Virus record (IMG/VR): IMGVR_UViG_3300047319_001872
Span: 1 to 64,000 of that record
Strand: one strand, 5' to 3'
DNA length: 64,000 bases
Shown here: positions 17,311 to 26,413 of the stretch, piece by piece
How the letters are laid out: each line of letters begins with the position of its first letter
Numbering within the stretch: position 1 is the first letter of the stretch
Notes under the pieces: model-generated
What the model was told of the DNA's origin: nothing
Database searches by the model: none
Seen by the model: the letters and a program-made list of their open reading frames with translations, nothing else
Program-made: the position numbers and the translations under genes

Positions 17311-19449
17311 ATGGCGAATGCAATTATCAACGCCGCTCCGATGACGAACTTCCTCGGCGTGCAGGATAACAGCACCCGAGCACTGGTTCCGATTCCGGAG
17401 AACCTGCCGACCCACCTGGCGAAGGTCTATCTGTTTGCGCAGACTGGCCCTGGCCCGAGCCAACCGATGCTGGTCGGCGGTGACGGCATGACCCAGATGT
17501 ACGGTGCCGACACGTTCGACTATCTGAAGTCGTACGCTAACCACCAAACTGTGCTGGCCAACACGCTCAATGCAGCGGGCAACCAGATGATGATCGAGCG
17601 GGTCATTCCGACGGATGCAGCGCCGCGCGCGAACCTGCGCGTCTACCTCGATGTGTTGCCGACTAACGTGCCGGATTATGTCCGTAACGTCGACGGCTCG
17701 ATCAAGCTCGACACGGGCGGCAACCCGGTTCCAGTGACCGGCGAAGGTGCCACGATCGCAGGCTATCAAGTGAAGTGGGTTACGGCCTACATCACCCCGG
17801 AAGAAGACGGCACGACCAACTTCGGTGCGGGCGAGATCATTCCGGGCGACATGACTGACGGCGCGTCCGCTCAATCGCAGCGCTACCCGATCTTTGATCT
17901 GGAAGTGCCGCACATCGGTGCCGAAGGCAACTGGCACGGCTTCCGTATGTGGGCGCCCACCTCGGTGTCGAGCACGCCGATCAACGACGCGTACATCACC
18001 GACGATCTGATGTACCCGTTCCGCTTTGCGTTCGCTAACAAGCCGAGCGCTAACGGTACGGCTGCCATTGTGGCAGGCCGCGATGGCTCGCAGTACTACG
18101 ACCTGGGTTTCAAGCCCGGCGTGATCGACAAGTCGACGACGCAGAAAATGTACGTCGGCGACCGCCTGATCCAGGCTTACCAGAATCTGCAACCGACCGA
18201 CGGTACGCCGCCGGTGTGGGGTCCGTTCGGCAAGCTGAAGGTGTACGACGCGAACGTCGCCACGGTGTTGGGTCTGTTCTACGCAGCGGAGTACCCGGTA
18301 GCGGGTGCCTTCAGCGACTTCACGGGCGCAGCAGGTGAAGAGTACCTGTTCAACTTCGTGTCGGGCGTGTCGAGCCAGAACGTGCCGTATCATTCGTTCC
18401 AGGTGGTCACGCAAGCGGCTAACGCCGTGCGCTTCACGCAGAATTCGACGATCTACGCGTCGGGTGGTTCGGACGGCACGATGAATGATGCGTCGTTCGC
18501 GACGCTGGTGTCCGCGGCAGTGGCGGGTTACGCTGATCCGAATGCGTACCTGCAAGATACGGCTACGTATCCGGAATCGATCCTGTACGACACGGGCTTC
18601 CCGCTCGAAACGAAGTACGACCTGTGCCAATTCATCTCGGTCCGTAAGGATACCGCGGTGGTGCTCTCCGTCTACGACGGCAGCGGCCAGGTGATGACGG
18701 CGGCTCAGGAATCGGCTCTCGCCATCGCGCTGCGTACGCGTTTGCAGATGTACCCGGAGTCGGACTACTTCGGCACCGCCACGATGCGCGGCATGATCAT
18801 CGGTCGCTCCGGCACGCTGATCAACAGCCTGTACGGCAAGCGCTTGCCGCTCACCATCGAGTTCGCAGCGAAAGCGGCGAAGTACATGGGCGCGGGCGAC
18901 GGCGTGTGGAAGTCGGTGTACTCGTTCGACAGCGACCCGCTGAATCAAGTGACGCTGATGACGGACATCAACGTGACCTTCACGCCTGCCTCGGTGCGCA
19001 ACAGCGACTGGGACAACGGTCTCGTGTGGGTGGAGTCGTACGGCCGTCGCTCGTACTACTTCCCGGCGTTCAAGACGGTGTACGACGACGACACCTCGGT
19101 GCTCACCAGCTTCTTCACCATGATGGGCTGCGTGGAACTCGAGAAGGTCGGCGACCGTATCCGTCGCAAGTTCAGCGGCAACAGCAAGCTGAAGCCTGGC
19201 CAGTTGGTCGACCAGGTGAACAAGGAAGCGGTGAAGCAGACGAACCAGCGCTTCGATGGTCGCTTCACGATCATCCCGAACTGCTACTTCACGGCAGACG
19301 ACACGCAACGCGGCTACAGCTGGACGCTGATGCTGAAGATCTACGCGGACAACATGGATACGGTGGAAACGCTGATCATCCAGGCGAATCGTTCGTCGGA
19401 TCTGTCGACCACCTCGGGTGGTACGGCCCAGCAGCTGATCGCGACCTAA
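17311..19449 (+). CDS. tail sheath protein (phiKZ gp29-like)
   Basis: 712 aa; C-terminal sheath-like YDTGFPLETKYDL...VELEKVGDRIRRKFSG; very strong codon bias; position before the tube gene. Confidence 0.9.
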   Translation: MANAIINAAPMTNFLGVQDNSTRALVPIPENLPTHLAKVYLFAQTGPGPSQPMLVGGDGMTQMYGADTFDYLKSYANHQTVLANTLNAAGNQMMIERVIPTDAAPRANLRVYLDVLPTNVPDYVRNVDGSIKLDTGGNPVPVTGEGATIAGYQVKWVTAYITPEEDGTTNFGAGEIIPGDMTDGASAQSQRYPIFDLEVPHIGAEGNWHGFRMWAPTSVSSTPINDAYITDDLMYPFRFAFANKPSANGTAAIVAGRDGSQYYDLGFKPGVIDKSTTQKMYVGDRLIQAYQNLQPTDGTPPVWGPFGKLKVYDANVATVLGLFYAAEYPVAGAFSDFTGAAGEEYLFNFVSGVSSQNVPYHSFQVVTQAANAVRFTQNSTIYASGGSDGTMNDASFATLVSAAVAGYADPNAYLQDTATYPESILYDTGFPLETKYDLCQFISVRKDTAVVLSVYDGSGQVMTAAQESALAIALRTRLQMYPESDYFGTATMRGMIIGRSGTLINSLYGKRLPLTIEFAAKAAKYMGAGDGVWKSVYSFDSDPLNQVTLMTDINVTFTPASVRNSDWDNGLVWVESYGRRSYYFPAFKTVYDDDTSVLTSFFTMMGCVELEKVGDRIRRKFSGNSKLKPGQLVDQVNKEAVKQTNQRFDGRFTIIPNCYFTADDTQRGYSWTLMLKIYADNMDTVETLIIQANRSSDLSTTSGGTAQQLIAT

Positions 19450-19515
19450 GCAATCCACGGGTGGGGGAGCTACGGCTCCCTCTCTAGCTGACATTCTTAA
19501 GAACAGGAGTTTTAC

Positions 19516-20436
19516 ATGAGCCGTATCGCACAAACGCTGTTGCCGCAAGGTTACGCGTTCGGCGCTGGCGTGAATATCCCGATGGCGGATCTGCAGTATT
19601 CCGCACAAATGGGTTACGCACCGGATCTGACGGAGTGGGTCGGTAATCAGGCGTACGTGCGCCGGAACCTGATCGCTCTGCTGATCGAAGCCCCGACCGC
19701 TTTCTCGGACCTGCCGAACCCGGACTACTGGATCGGCACGCTGCGCGCCCTGGTCGAGCTGCACCCGCTCACCATCACGGGCCTGAGCTCCACGCTCACG
19801 GTCGACACCACGGACGGTAACCCCGTCGGCGGTGGCGGTCAGGTGCAAGAAGAATTCACCGACGTGAAGGAAAGCCGCTCGCAGCCGAACTTCCGCTGGA
19901 ACGAAAAGTACGGCATGCCGATCAACCGCTTCCTGCGCGGCTGGATTCAGTACTGCATGATGGACCCGAACAGCAAGGTCGCCTCGATCAACACGATCGC
20001 GGGCAACCAAGTCACCGACATGCTGCCGGACCGTTACACGATGACCTGCGCGTTCATCGAACCGGACCCGACCCACACCAAGGTCAACAAGTCCTGGCTC
20101 GTGACGAACATGTTCCCGAAGACCTCGGGCGAAGTCACTGGTCAGCGCGATCTGAACAGCGGCGGCGAAATCGTGGCGTACGACGTCGAGTTCGCCGGTA
20201 TTGCGCAGTTTGGCCTGGGTGTCGACGCGTTCAACCAGACGCTGCTCAACGGTATCAACATCACGGGCGCGAACCCGTACGAGCGTGCACCGTTCGTCGA
20301 TTCGATCGCCGCTGATGTGGCGAACTGGGGTACCTCGAACTACGCTCAAGGCATCAGCGATCTCGCTGCTGGCGCGGCGCAAGTTCAAGCCGGTCTGACC
20401 GGTAGCGATTCCCTCTCGGTGAACGTCACGTTCTAA
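19516..20436 (+). CDS. tail tube protein (phiKZ gp30-like)
   Basis: AGGAG SD; follows the sheath; AFIEPDPT...WLVTNMFPK motif. Confidence 0.88.
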   Translation: MSRIAQTLLPQGYAFGAGVNIPMADLQYSAQMGYAPDLTEWVGNQAYVRRNLIALLIEAPTAFSDLPNPDYWIGTLRALVELHPLTITGLSSTLTVDTTDGNPVGGGGQVQEEFTDVKESRSQPNFRWNEKYGMPINRFLRGWIQYCMMDPNSKVASINTIAGNQVTDMLPDRYTMTCAFIEPDPTHTKVNKSWLVTNMFPKTSGEVTGQRDLNSGGEIVAYDVEFAGIAQFGLGVDAFNQTLLNGINITGANPYERAPFVDSIAADVANWGTSNYAQGISDLAAGAAQVQAGLTGSDSLSVNVTF

Positions 20437-20461
20437 GACGAAACCAAAAAAAGAGTGATAG

Positions 20462-20520
20462 CGGCATAGAGCCAGAAAAGACCTTTGCGGGTCTTTTCTG
20501 GCTTTTATGTCGTTATGCCG
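20462..20520. terminator. bidirectional hairpin element at a convergent junction
   Basis: CGGCATA, AGCCAGAAAAGACC/GGTCTTTTCTGGCT stem, then TATGTCG and TATGCCG. Confidence 0.72.
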
Positions 20521-21948
20521 TTAGGCAGTTGCGGCCGCTTCTTGCGCTTCTTCTTCCTCGCCCTCCAACTCGCCCATCAATTCGAGCCACTTGTTGGAGA
20601 TCACCTTGAACGACTGGCCTGTCTCGTGATTCTTCATCACTAGTCCTTCGCGCAACGTCGGCTTCGGATCAGACGGCGACGTCGCCAGCAGTGCCGACTT
20701 ACCGTCGGCGAGCTTGAGCAACTCGTTCATGTCCGCAGGCAACTTGATACGGGCCAGCTTCGGATCAACCGGGATGTAATCCAAACCCAAGTAAGCGGCG
20801 ATTGCCTTGGTTTCATCCGGCGTGAATCGGTAGGTCCCATTGCCGTAGGCGCGATACACGTAGAAGCGGTTTTCGGCCAGCTTTTCAGCATTGCCGTTGA
20901 ACTTCGGTCCGACCATCTCGCCTTGAATCGCCACGATCTTGCCGTGAGCGAATGCCAGCCCAATCCCCTTAGCAATCGACACGTCCATCATCAGCGCTCG
21001 ATTGAGCGCTTTCAGATTCTGCACGATACCTTGGTTGAGCATCCAGCGCACCAACGGCACCCCCGTCGGATCGAAGCCCTTCTTCCAGCGCGGCACCTCG
21101 CACTCACCACCGCGCAAGCGCCGTGGCACGAAACGCATCCAGTCCGACACATAGACCTTGAACGATTCCTTGCGGGTGTAGGGGACAAACTCGGTGCGCA
21201 GCGACCAGTTGCGTTGAGCCAGGCCGATGTCGCCGGTATCCAGATCCTGGTAGGCCATGGCGGATTCACCATCGAGCTTGACTGAACCTTCCCAGTCATC
21301 GCCTTCCTTGACGAGCCTGTCGTATTCCTTTTTCAGGTTCTGGACACGCTCTTCATCGGACTTCACATGCCCACGCGGGAAGTCTTGCAGGCCGTCGACC
21401 AAAATGCCGTCGATCAACTTCATGCGCAGCTTCCACCACCAGCTCTTGGTCTGTCGCCCGCGCTCGCCTGCTTCTTCTGCCAGACGGCGCAGGTACAGTT
21501 TGTACTCGACCGGATTCACGTACTTGAGAATCTCGAGCTCCTGCGTGACGTTGGCTTCCTCTTCACCCTGCGCAGTGGCAGTGGCGATCTTGAGCAAAGC
21601 CGGAATGCTTTCGAGATTCTTCAGCTGCATGAGCAGACCCTGCGAGCGCACGCCGCGCAGCTTGAGGGTCTTGATCACGGCGTATTCCTTCCCGCCGTTT
21701 TCCGTGTCTTGCCGGATCAGCAGGTAGCGCTTGTCGAAGTCACCCCACACTGGGCTATCCAACGGAACCGCCGCGTCGATCTCGAAGTAGACAGCAAAGT
21801 CCCCGACCTTGTACAGTTCCTTCTGGACCACACATTCCCACCCCCCAACGACCGCAATTTCCAGACGGTCGGCTTTCTTGATCGGCTTGATCTCATCGAT
21901 CTTGACGATACGGGCGAGCGCCCGCGTTTCTTCTTTTACGAACGGCAT
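20521..21948 (-). CDS. ATP-dependent RNA ligase (Rnl2-superfamily, DRB0094-like, N-terminal OB-like domain)
   Basis: Nucleotidyltransferase motifs I KLDG, III IQGEMVG, IV REGLVMK and V SFKVIS; N-terminal ADRLEIAVVGGWECVV. Confidence 0.88.
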   Translation of the reverse strand: MPFVKEETRALARIVKIDEIKPIKKADRLEIAVVGGWECVVQKELYKVGDFAVYFEIDAAVPLDSPVWGDFDKRYLLIRQDTENGGKEYAVIKTLKLRGVRSQGLLMQLKNLESIPALLKIATATAQGEEEANVTQELEILKYVNPVEYKLYLRRLAEEAGERGRQTKSWWWKLRMKLIDGILVDGLQDFPRGHVKSDEERVQNLKKEYDRLVKEGDDWEGSVKLDGESAMAYQDLDTGDIGLAQRNWSLRTEFVPYTRKESFKVYVSDWMRFVPRRLRGGECEVPRWKKGFDPTGVPLVRWMLNQGIVQNLKALNRALMMDVSIAKGIGLAFAHGKIVAIQGEMVGPKFNGNAEKLAENRFYVYRAYGNGTYRFTPDETKAIAAYLGLDYIPVDPKLARIKLPADMNELLKLADGKSALLATSPSDPKPTLREGLVMKNHETGQSFKVISNKWLELMGELEGEEEEAQEAAATA

Positions 21949-21959
21949 TGTAATTCTCT

Positions 21960-22361
21960 TTAGATAAGTACGTCGCGAATAAACGGAACGCGAAAGCGCG
22001 CCTGCTCTTTAAGCCAAGCGCGGGTCTGCCAGTAGTCCTTGTGCCAGATCGAATCAATCTTACAATCGTGATCGAGGCTCAAGGTAAAGCCAAACTCGTC
22101 CCCCGTCGCTAACACAAAGACGAGGTGGTAGCCGGGCCGCCCGCTTGGGTTCCACCATTCGTCCTGCTGATCAATGATGGCAGGCGTGAAGCACCAGGCG
22201 GCGGCTTGCACGCCACAATCAAAGGACAGGCGCAGTCGCTGCAGGGTGCGCAGATACCCCATCTGAATCTCGAGCATCATGCAGTTATACGTTGCTTCGT
22301 CACGCGCGTGGTGATGCAAGAACAACTGCAAACGAGTATCGAGATTAAGATGACGTGGCAT
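21960..22361 (-). CDS. hypothetical protein (133 aa)
   Basis: ORF track; tiles between neighbours. Confidence 0.6.
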   Translation of the reverse strand: MPRHLNLDTRLQLFLHHHARDEATYNCMMLEIQMGYLRTLQRLRLSFDCGVQAAAWCFTPAIIDQQDEWWNPSGRPGYHLVFVLATGDEFGFTLSLDHDCKIDSIWHKDYWQTRAWLKEQARFRVPFIRDVLI

Positions 22362-22911
22362 CAGGGAGCTCCGGTTTCGGAAAATGATCTTTGGTTATTT
22401 CACCCATTAACTTCACTCTCCATCCCATCGACTCTAGGTGAGCTTTTGCATGGTGAATGAATAGTAATCGGTGACAGAACACCCCAGCCGGGCAGTAGCA
22501 CCCATACGCTGCGTACGGATACACGGAGAGGCGATCCCACGCCGCTCGATGCATGTCACGCGACTCCACCATCTTGTCTTCGTAGAGTTCCGTGTAGCTC
22601 TGCTCGTTTAAGCGCCCGTCCTTGTACGCCTTTACATTCTCCCAATCCGGTGCAAACGCCAGGACCCCTGACTTGGCGGTGGTGTCAATCAGTTTAATGT
22701 GATCGACATCCCGACCTATCAGGTAAGGGGTTTCAGCCCCAGACGGGTCGGCGGTAGCCGGTGATGGGGTCGATGACGTCGTGCTTGACGTTGCCGAATC
22801 CGAGGGTAGGGTCGACGACGCCGTCGGGGTTGACGTCGACTCGGCGCTCGATGTCGCGCTTCGTGCGCGCAGCAGCCTGTGCTGCCCAAGCTGAATTGTC
22901 CAGAGAAAGAA
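22345..22911 (-). CDS. DUF488-like protein with a 52-aa low-complexity insert; start unresolved
   Basis: DTTAKSG..FAPDW..V..YK.G.L.E..YTELY and CYCPAGVFCHRLL resemble DUF488/YeaO-like phage proteins; no ATG near the apparent N-terminus. Confidence 0.6.
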   Translation of the reverse strand, partial: FFLWTIQLGQHRLLRARSATSSAESTSTPTASSTLPSDSATSSTTSSTPSPATADPSGAETPYLIGRDVDHIKLIDTTAKSGVLAFAPDWENVKAYKDGRLNEQSYTELYEDKMVESRDMHRAAWDRLSVYPYAAYGCYCPAGVFCHRLLFIHHAKAHLESMGWRVKLMGEITKDHFPKPELPDATSS

Positions 22912-23506
22912 CTGCGGGGTAGGACTTGGGGATGCTGGTGTGTCGGTAGACGAGATGGCGGATGCGTCCACAGGTCGGACCTCCCGTACGGTAGTTAAGG
23001 GATTCCCAGTCCGTGCGCTCGAGCACGTAACCGTTCGCGTCCAGCGACTCCTCATCGAAGAGGACATTGCCGACGACTGCACCGTCGGGCGCCTTCTGGT
23101 TAAAGAGCTGCGCGACGTGGATGCGACTCACGAAGCCCGTGAGGCTCGGAGTGTTACTGCGCTGCACCAGCCGGTGGATCGCACCGTGCTGATAGTCGAC
23201 CAGCCAGTGTTGGGTTTCGAGATTGGACACTTCGCCCAGATAGAGCTGGTTGTCTTCGCGATAGGCGTTGATCAAATCCGTGCTCAGCTGACCGTTGTGG
23301 TCAATCAGGTGGGAAATAGCCTGCGTCGCATTACAGGCGCTATACGCCTCTTCTGCGCAATGCAGCACCTGACCCTGCAAGATGTTCTTCAGACGGCTCA
23401 GAGAGTGGTTTAAGAGCGCCGGAGCACCATCCTTGTACACGGGGCGACCCGCTTGGTCCAAAGTGATGATCAACTGCACGTTTTCTTTGCGGTTTTGTTC
23501 TTTCAT
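22733..23506 (-). CDS. degenerate DHFR-fold protein with a C-terminal extension
   Basis: Pattern LIITLD..G....DG..P...L.RLK.IL.G.V and later SRIHVAQL parallels DHFR strands; catalytic and NADPH-binding motifs (IGxxxxLPW, MGRKT, GG) are not intact. Confidence 0.5.
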   Translation of the reverse strand: MKEQNRKENVQLIITLDQAGRPVYKDGAPALLNHSLSRLKNILQGQVLHCAEEAYSACNATQAISHLIDHNGQLSTDLINAYREDNQLYLGEVSNLETQHWLVDYQHGAIHRLVQRSNTPSLTGFVSRIHVAQLFNQKAPDGAVVGNVLFDEESLDANGYVLERTDWESLNYRTGGPTCGRIRHLVYRHTSIPKSYPAVLSLDNSAWAAQAAARTKRDIERRVDVNPDGVVDPTLGFGNVKHDVIDPITGYRRPVWG

Positions 23507-23545
23507 GGTCCCTGCAACAACAAAAAAATAAGATGTCACAAACTC

Positions 23546-23570
23546 CCAGAGGCCGAAACCCCTGGGAGTA
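23546..23570 (-). terminator. hairpin with T-run
   Basis: CTCCCAG...CTGGGAG stem at about 23544-23569; TTTTTTT downstream on the minus strand. Confidence 0.45.
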
Positions 23571-23610
23571 TTCCTCAGCAACTGCCCCCGTAAACGGATG
23601 CGGAGCTGGC

Positions 23611-24096
23611 TTAGTCGCTCAGCGCCGACGCGGCGATGTCCGTCAGGTGATCACGCACCTTCTTGAATTCGCCACGCGATTGCGAACCGCCGTAGAAGTC
23701 GAGCTTCAGCGAGCCGGTGCCGAACTTGGTGGTCGGCTCTTGGCCCGGTGCGCGCACTTGCGACGAACGCTCGAAAACGCCTTCGAACTTCGACTTGCCG
23801 ACCGTCGGGAACGTGGCCGTCACTTCGTTCACGCTCTTGTGCTTCTTGAAGAAGTCGACGCCGGTTTCGCCGAGTGCCAGGAACGATGCGGCAGCGAAAC
23901 GCGTGTTGTGGTTGTCGATCGCGAGCACGGTGTCGGCGCTCACGCCTTCGGGCAGCAGTTCGACGTACACGCCCTTCAGCTTTTCCGGATCGGCGAGGCC
24001 GGTCTTCGGATCGATGTGGATGTGCTTCTTGATCTTGTCGGCCAGTTCACGCGTTTCCGGCTTGAAGACGATGGATTCTTTAACAGTCGTGGTCAT
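23611..24096 (-). CDS. conserved, highly expressed hypothetical protein (161 aa)
   Basis: AAGGA SD; very strong codon bias. Confidence 0.8.
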   Translation of the reverse strand: MTTTVKESIVFKPETRELADKIKKHIHIDPKTGLADPEKLKGVYVELLPEGVSADTVLAIDNHNTRFAAASFLALGETGVDFFKKHKSVNEVTATFPTVGKSKFEGVFERSSQVRAPGQEPTTKFGTGSLKLDFYGGSQSRGEFKKVRDHLTDIAASALSD

Positions 24097-24169
24097 GATA
24101 CGTTTCCTTGTTTATCAGAATGGTGATGAAAAGAGAGTTACTACCTGGAGTCCTTGAGCTCAAGAACCA

Positions 24170-24655
24170 CTATTTGCTTCGAGCGTACTGGTTGCCGCCG
24201 GAAGGCTGCCGAGAAATCGTCGGGCGGCTCCCGTACGGCTTCCGCGGCGTTCTCACCTCAGTGCGGTTGGAGGGCACCGAGTTGAACTTGTCGGCCAATG
24301 CTTCCACTGCCGCCGGAGCTGCTGCCACCGGCGTGTCGATGCGCGCAGCTTTGAGCGCGGGACTGGAAAGGATGTGGCCGGAGATGTGAGTCTTACCCTG
24401 TTGCAGGTCGCGACTGACGTGATCGCGCCCGCCGAAGACGATAAACTTGCCTTCGAGCTTGAAGAAACTGATCGTGCCGCCATGGAACTGCGGACAGTCT
24501 TGCGAGAGGTCGATCATGGCAAGCGCTGCGTCGGAGAAGTTGATGTCCTTTACCTCGACAGAAGCGATGCTACCGGAGCCAGCTTTGGCCATGACTTTGG
24601 TCAGCGAGTACTGCTGGTCTTTGAAGGTCAGGATGACTTTCGAAATATCTTCCAT
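24170..24655 (-). CDS. hypothetical protein, possibly a degenerate ParB/Srx-like fold
   Basis: ORF track; segment ISFFKLEGKFIVFGGRDH loosely resembles the ParB-N core. Confidence 0.6.
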   Translation of the reverse strand: MEDISKVILTFKDQQYSLTKVMAKAGSGSIASVEVKDINFSDAALAMIDLSQDCPQFHGGTISFFKLEGKFIVFGGRDHVSRDLQQGKTHISGHILSSPALKAARIDTPVAAAPAAVEALADKFNSVPSNRTEVRTPRKPYGSRPTISRQPSGGNQYARSK

Positions 24656-24762
24656 GATAGATGCAGAGAATTCCTCGTGTTTAGGGACGATACTGTTATC
24701 GCATAGCAGGAGTCACGCGCGTAAAATAATCCGCGTATTTGAGTGCTTCTGTTTTTGCTCTG

Positions 24763-24777
24763 GTTAGTGATATATCG
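24763..24777 (-). promoter_or_regulatory. candidate early promoter CGATATATCACTAAC
   Basis: 14/15 identical to 46469-46483; resembles the phiKZ early consensus TATATTAC; upstream of a minus-strand gene. Confidence 0.55.
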
Positions 24778-24806
24778 TTGAGTTTTCTTTGAATCATGCG
24801 GTTTAG

Positions 24807-24835
24807 CGGCATAAACCCCAGGGTTTCCCCTGGGG
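24807..24835 (-). terminator. GC hairpin followed by TTTATGCCG on the minus strand
   Basis: CCCCAGGG-TTTC-CCCTGGGG with CGGCATA on the left; downstream of the protease stop. Confidence 0.65.
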
Positions 24836-24851
24836 CAGCCTTACGGTGGGA

Positions 24852-25652
24852 TCACCACTGCAAGAAGGCGGGCTTCTTCGCCCCTTCGGTTTCGGTCGTG
24901 TCCCAACCCATGGCAGAAAATAATTCCTGCCCCGTCAAGATAGCTGATTCCTGAGCTACCCCGTACATCGAGTTGCGTTTGATGCCGCGCTCGATCTGAC
25001 CCCGGCTAAACAGATGGTCGAAGTCATGCGTGTTGCGATCGCTCGCCCCCACATGCGCTCCTTCCAGGGCCGGTGCCTTGAACTTCTCAGCGGCCGCCAG
25101 TCCGGGTTCCAACACTTGGTCCCAGGTGACGATCGTGCGCAAGATGCGCTTGCAGGTGCCGCGTTCCATGAAGTCATCGGTGAACGCCCGGATCGAGAAG
25201 CAGACGTTCTCGTTCGGATTGTCCAGACTCCGCCGCAGCTGCTCGCCATGGGGACCCGACGGATAGACGCGCGAGATGATGGCGATCACGGGGTTACCGT
25301 GGTCATCCTTCACCCGATCGAAATCCAGGTAGATCTCCTTGTGGTGGCAGCACACGTTGTCTTCATAGATCGACATCACGCGTTGTGCAAACTGCTCTTC
25401 ACTCATGCCAGGCAGTGGCTTGGGATGACCCAGCTCACCACGCAGCACGCCGCGCTTCACGCGTCGCATGAAGGTGCTCGAGCCTTCGAACAGATCACGG
25501 GCTTGATCGTACACGTAGTACTGACCAATTGAATTGAAGACGTTCAGCGCGCCGACCACCAGTTCGTAGTAGCCGTTCTCGTCTTTCTTCAACACCCCGC
25601 TCTTGTTCGATGCCGCGAGTGCCGTACACGCGAATCGAATTTGATTGCCCAT
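24852..25652 (-). CDS. prohead protease (phiKZ gp175-like)
   Basis: GELGHP (catalytic His) and CFSIR (catalytic Ser) motifs; start moved to the ATG at 25652 (GAGAA SD). Confidence 0.88.
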   Translation of the reverse strand: MGNQIRFACTALAASNKSGVLKKDENGYYELVVGALNVFNSIGQYYVYDQARDLFEGSSTFMRRVKRGVLRGELGHPKPLPGMSEEQFAQRVMSIYEDNVCCHHKEIYLDFDRVKDDHGNPVIAIISRVYPSGPHGEQLRRSLDNPNENVCFSIRAFTDDFMERGTCKRILRTIVTWDQVLEPGLAAAEKFKAPALEGAHVGASDRNTHDFDHLFSRGQIERGIKRNSMYGVAQESAILTGQELFSAMGWDTTETEGAKKPAFLQW

Positions 25653-25672
25653 TGTGTTCTCGACTTGTTGAC

Positions 25673-26398
25673 TTATGCTCGCAAGAGAGACTCGATGCGC
25701 TCCACGCGATCCGCCGGATTCACGAGAGCAGACACCAGAGCATCTCCAAAGTACGACCCGGCGAGCTTGTTGGTCGTATTGGTCGCTGCGTACTGCACGG
25801 AGCGCAGCGGAATGAACGCAGGCTTCACGACCATGAGCTGGGAGAGGTCTTCGATCGTGGTCCGGTAGTACTGGTTGCGATCCTTCTCCGAGCGCGAGAT
25901 CATCGAAATGATCAGCTCCGTGACTTCCTGGTTGGCCCCGATATTGGCTCCGGCGTGATACAGCGCCGTGTCGAAGATTTTCCCGAGCTCCAGATAGCCC
26001 AAGTACCAAGGTACCCGGCCCTTCGAAATGATCTCGTCGTAGATTTTGTACACCAACACGTCGGTCTTCACCAGATCCGTGCTTGTGACCACGACGCTAC
26101 CCGCATCGAAGCTGAACTCGTAATACTCATCCCCGTCGATTTGCATCTTCAGGGTCGCCGTCGGTTCGATGGGCAACATGGCGTTCACCATGGAGACGCC
26201 ATAGTACACATCTTCTACGACAATCGCATAGACGCCCACAATGTAGGTTTCAATGCCGATCTGAGCGAGGCCCCGTTCTGCGAAGCGCACCGGAATATAG
26301 ATCTTCACCGGCTTCTTGCACACGAGGCTCCCGTTTGGAAGTTCTTCGAGGTAAGCCTGGACCCGTTTGGGATCGCGAATGAGTTTACTCACGTCCAT
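25673..26398 (-). CDS. virion RNA polymerase beta' middle subunit (phiKZ gp176 / SPN3US gp244-like)
   Basis: 241-aa ORF next to the protease; G+vPWYl motif; synteny with phiKZ-like phages. Confidence 0.65.
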   Translation of the reverse strand: MDVSKLIRDPKRVQAYLEELPNGSLVCKKPVKIYIPVRFAERGLAQIGIETYIVGVYAIVVEDVYYGVSMVNAMLPIEPTATLKMQIDGDEYYEFSFDAGSVVVTSTDLVKTDVLVYKIYDEIISKGRVPWYLGYLELGKIFDTALYHAGANIGANQEVTELIISMISRSEKDRNQYYRTTIEDLSQLMVVKPAFIPLRSVQYAATNTTNKLAGSYFGDALVSALVNPADRVERIESLLRA

Positions 26399-26413
26399 GA
26401 CTTACCCCCGCGC

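Noticed and set aside
17296-20388. 1030-aa antisense ORF across the sheath and tube genes (similarly 25610..27913, 29471..31762, 11612..13237, 10264..11571, 57362..58930)
   Set aside because: Shadow ORFs: they are in register with strongly GC3-biased genes in which TTA/CTA/TCA codons are rare. They have no recognisable motifs or SD sequences.
25653-26009. Track-listed N-terminal extensions of the protease (also UvsX 52706..53695 and 16093..16257)
   Set aside because: They overlap other real genes; the recognisable protein starts at an internal ATG with an SD.
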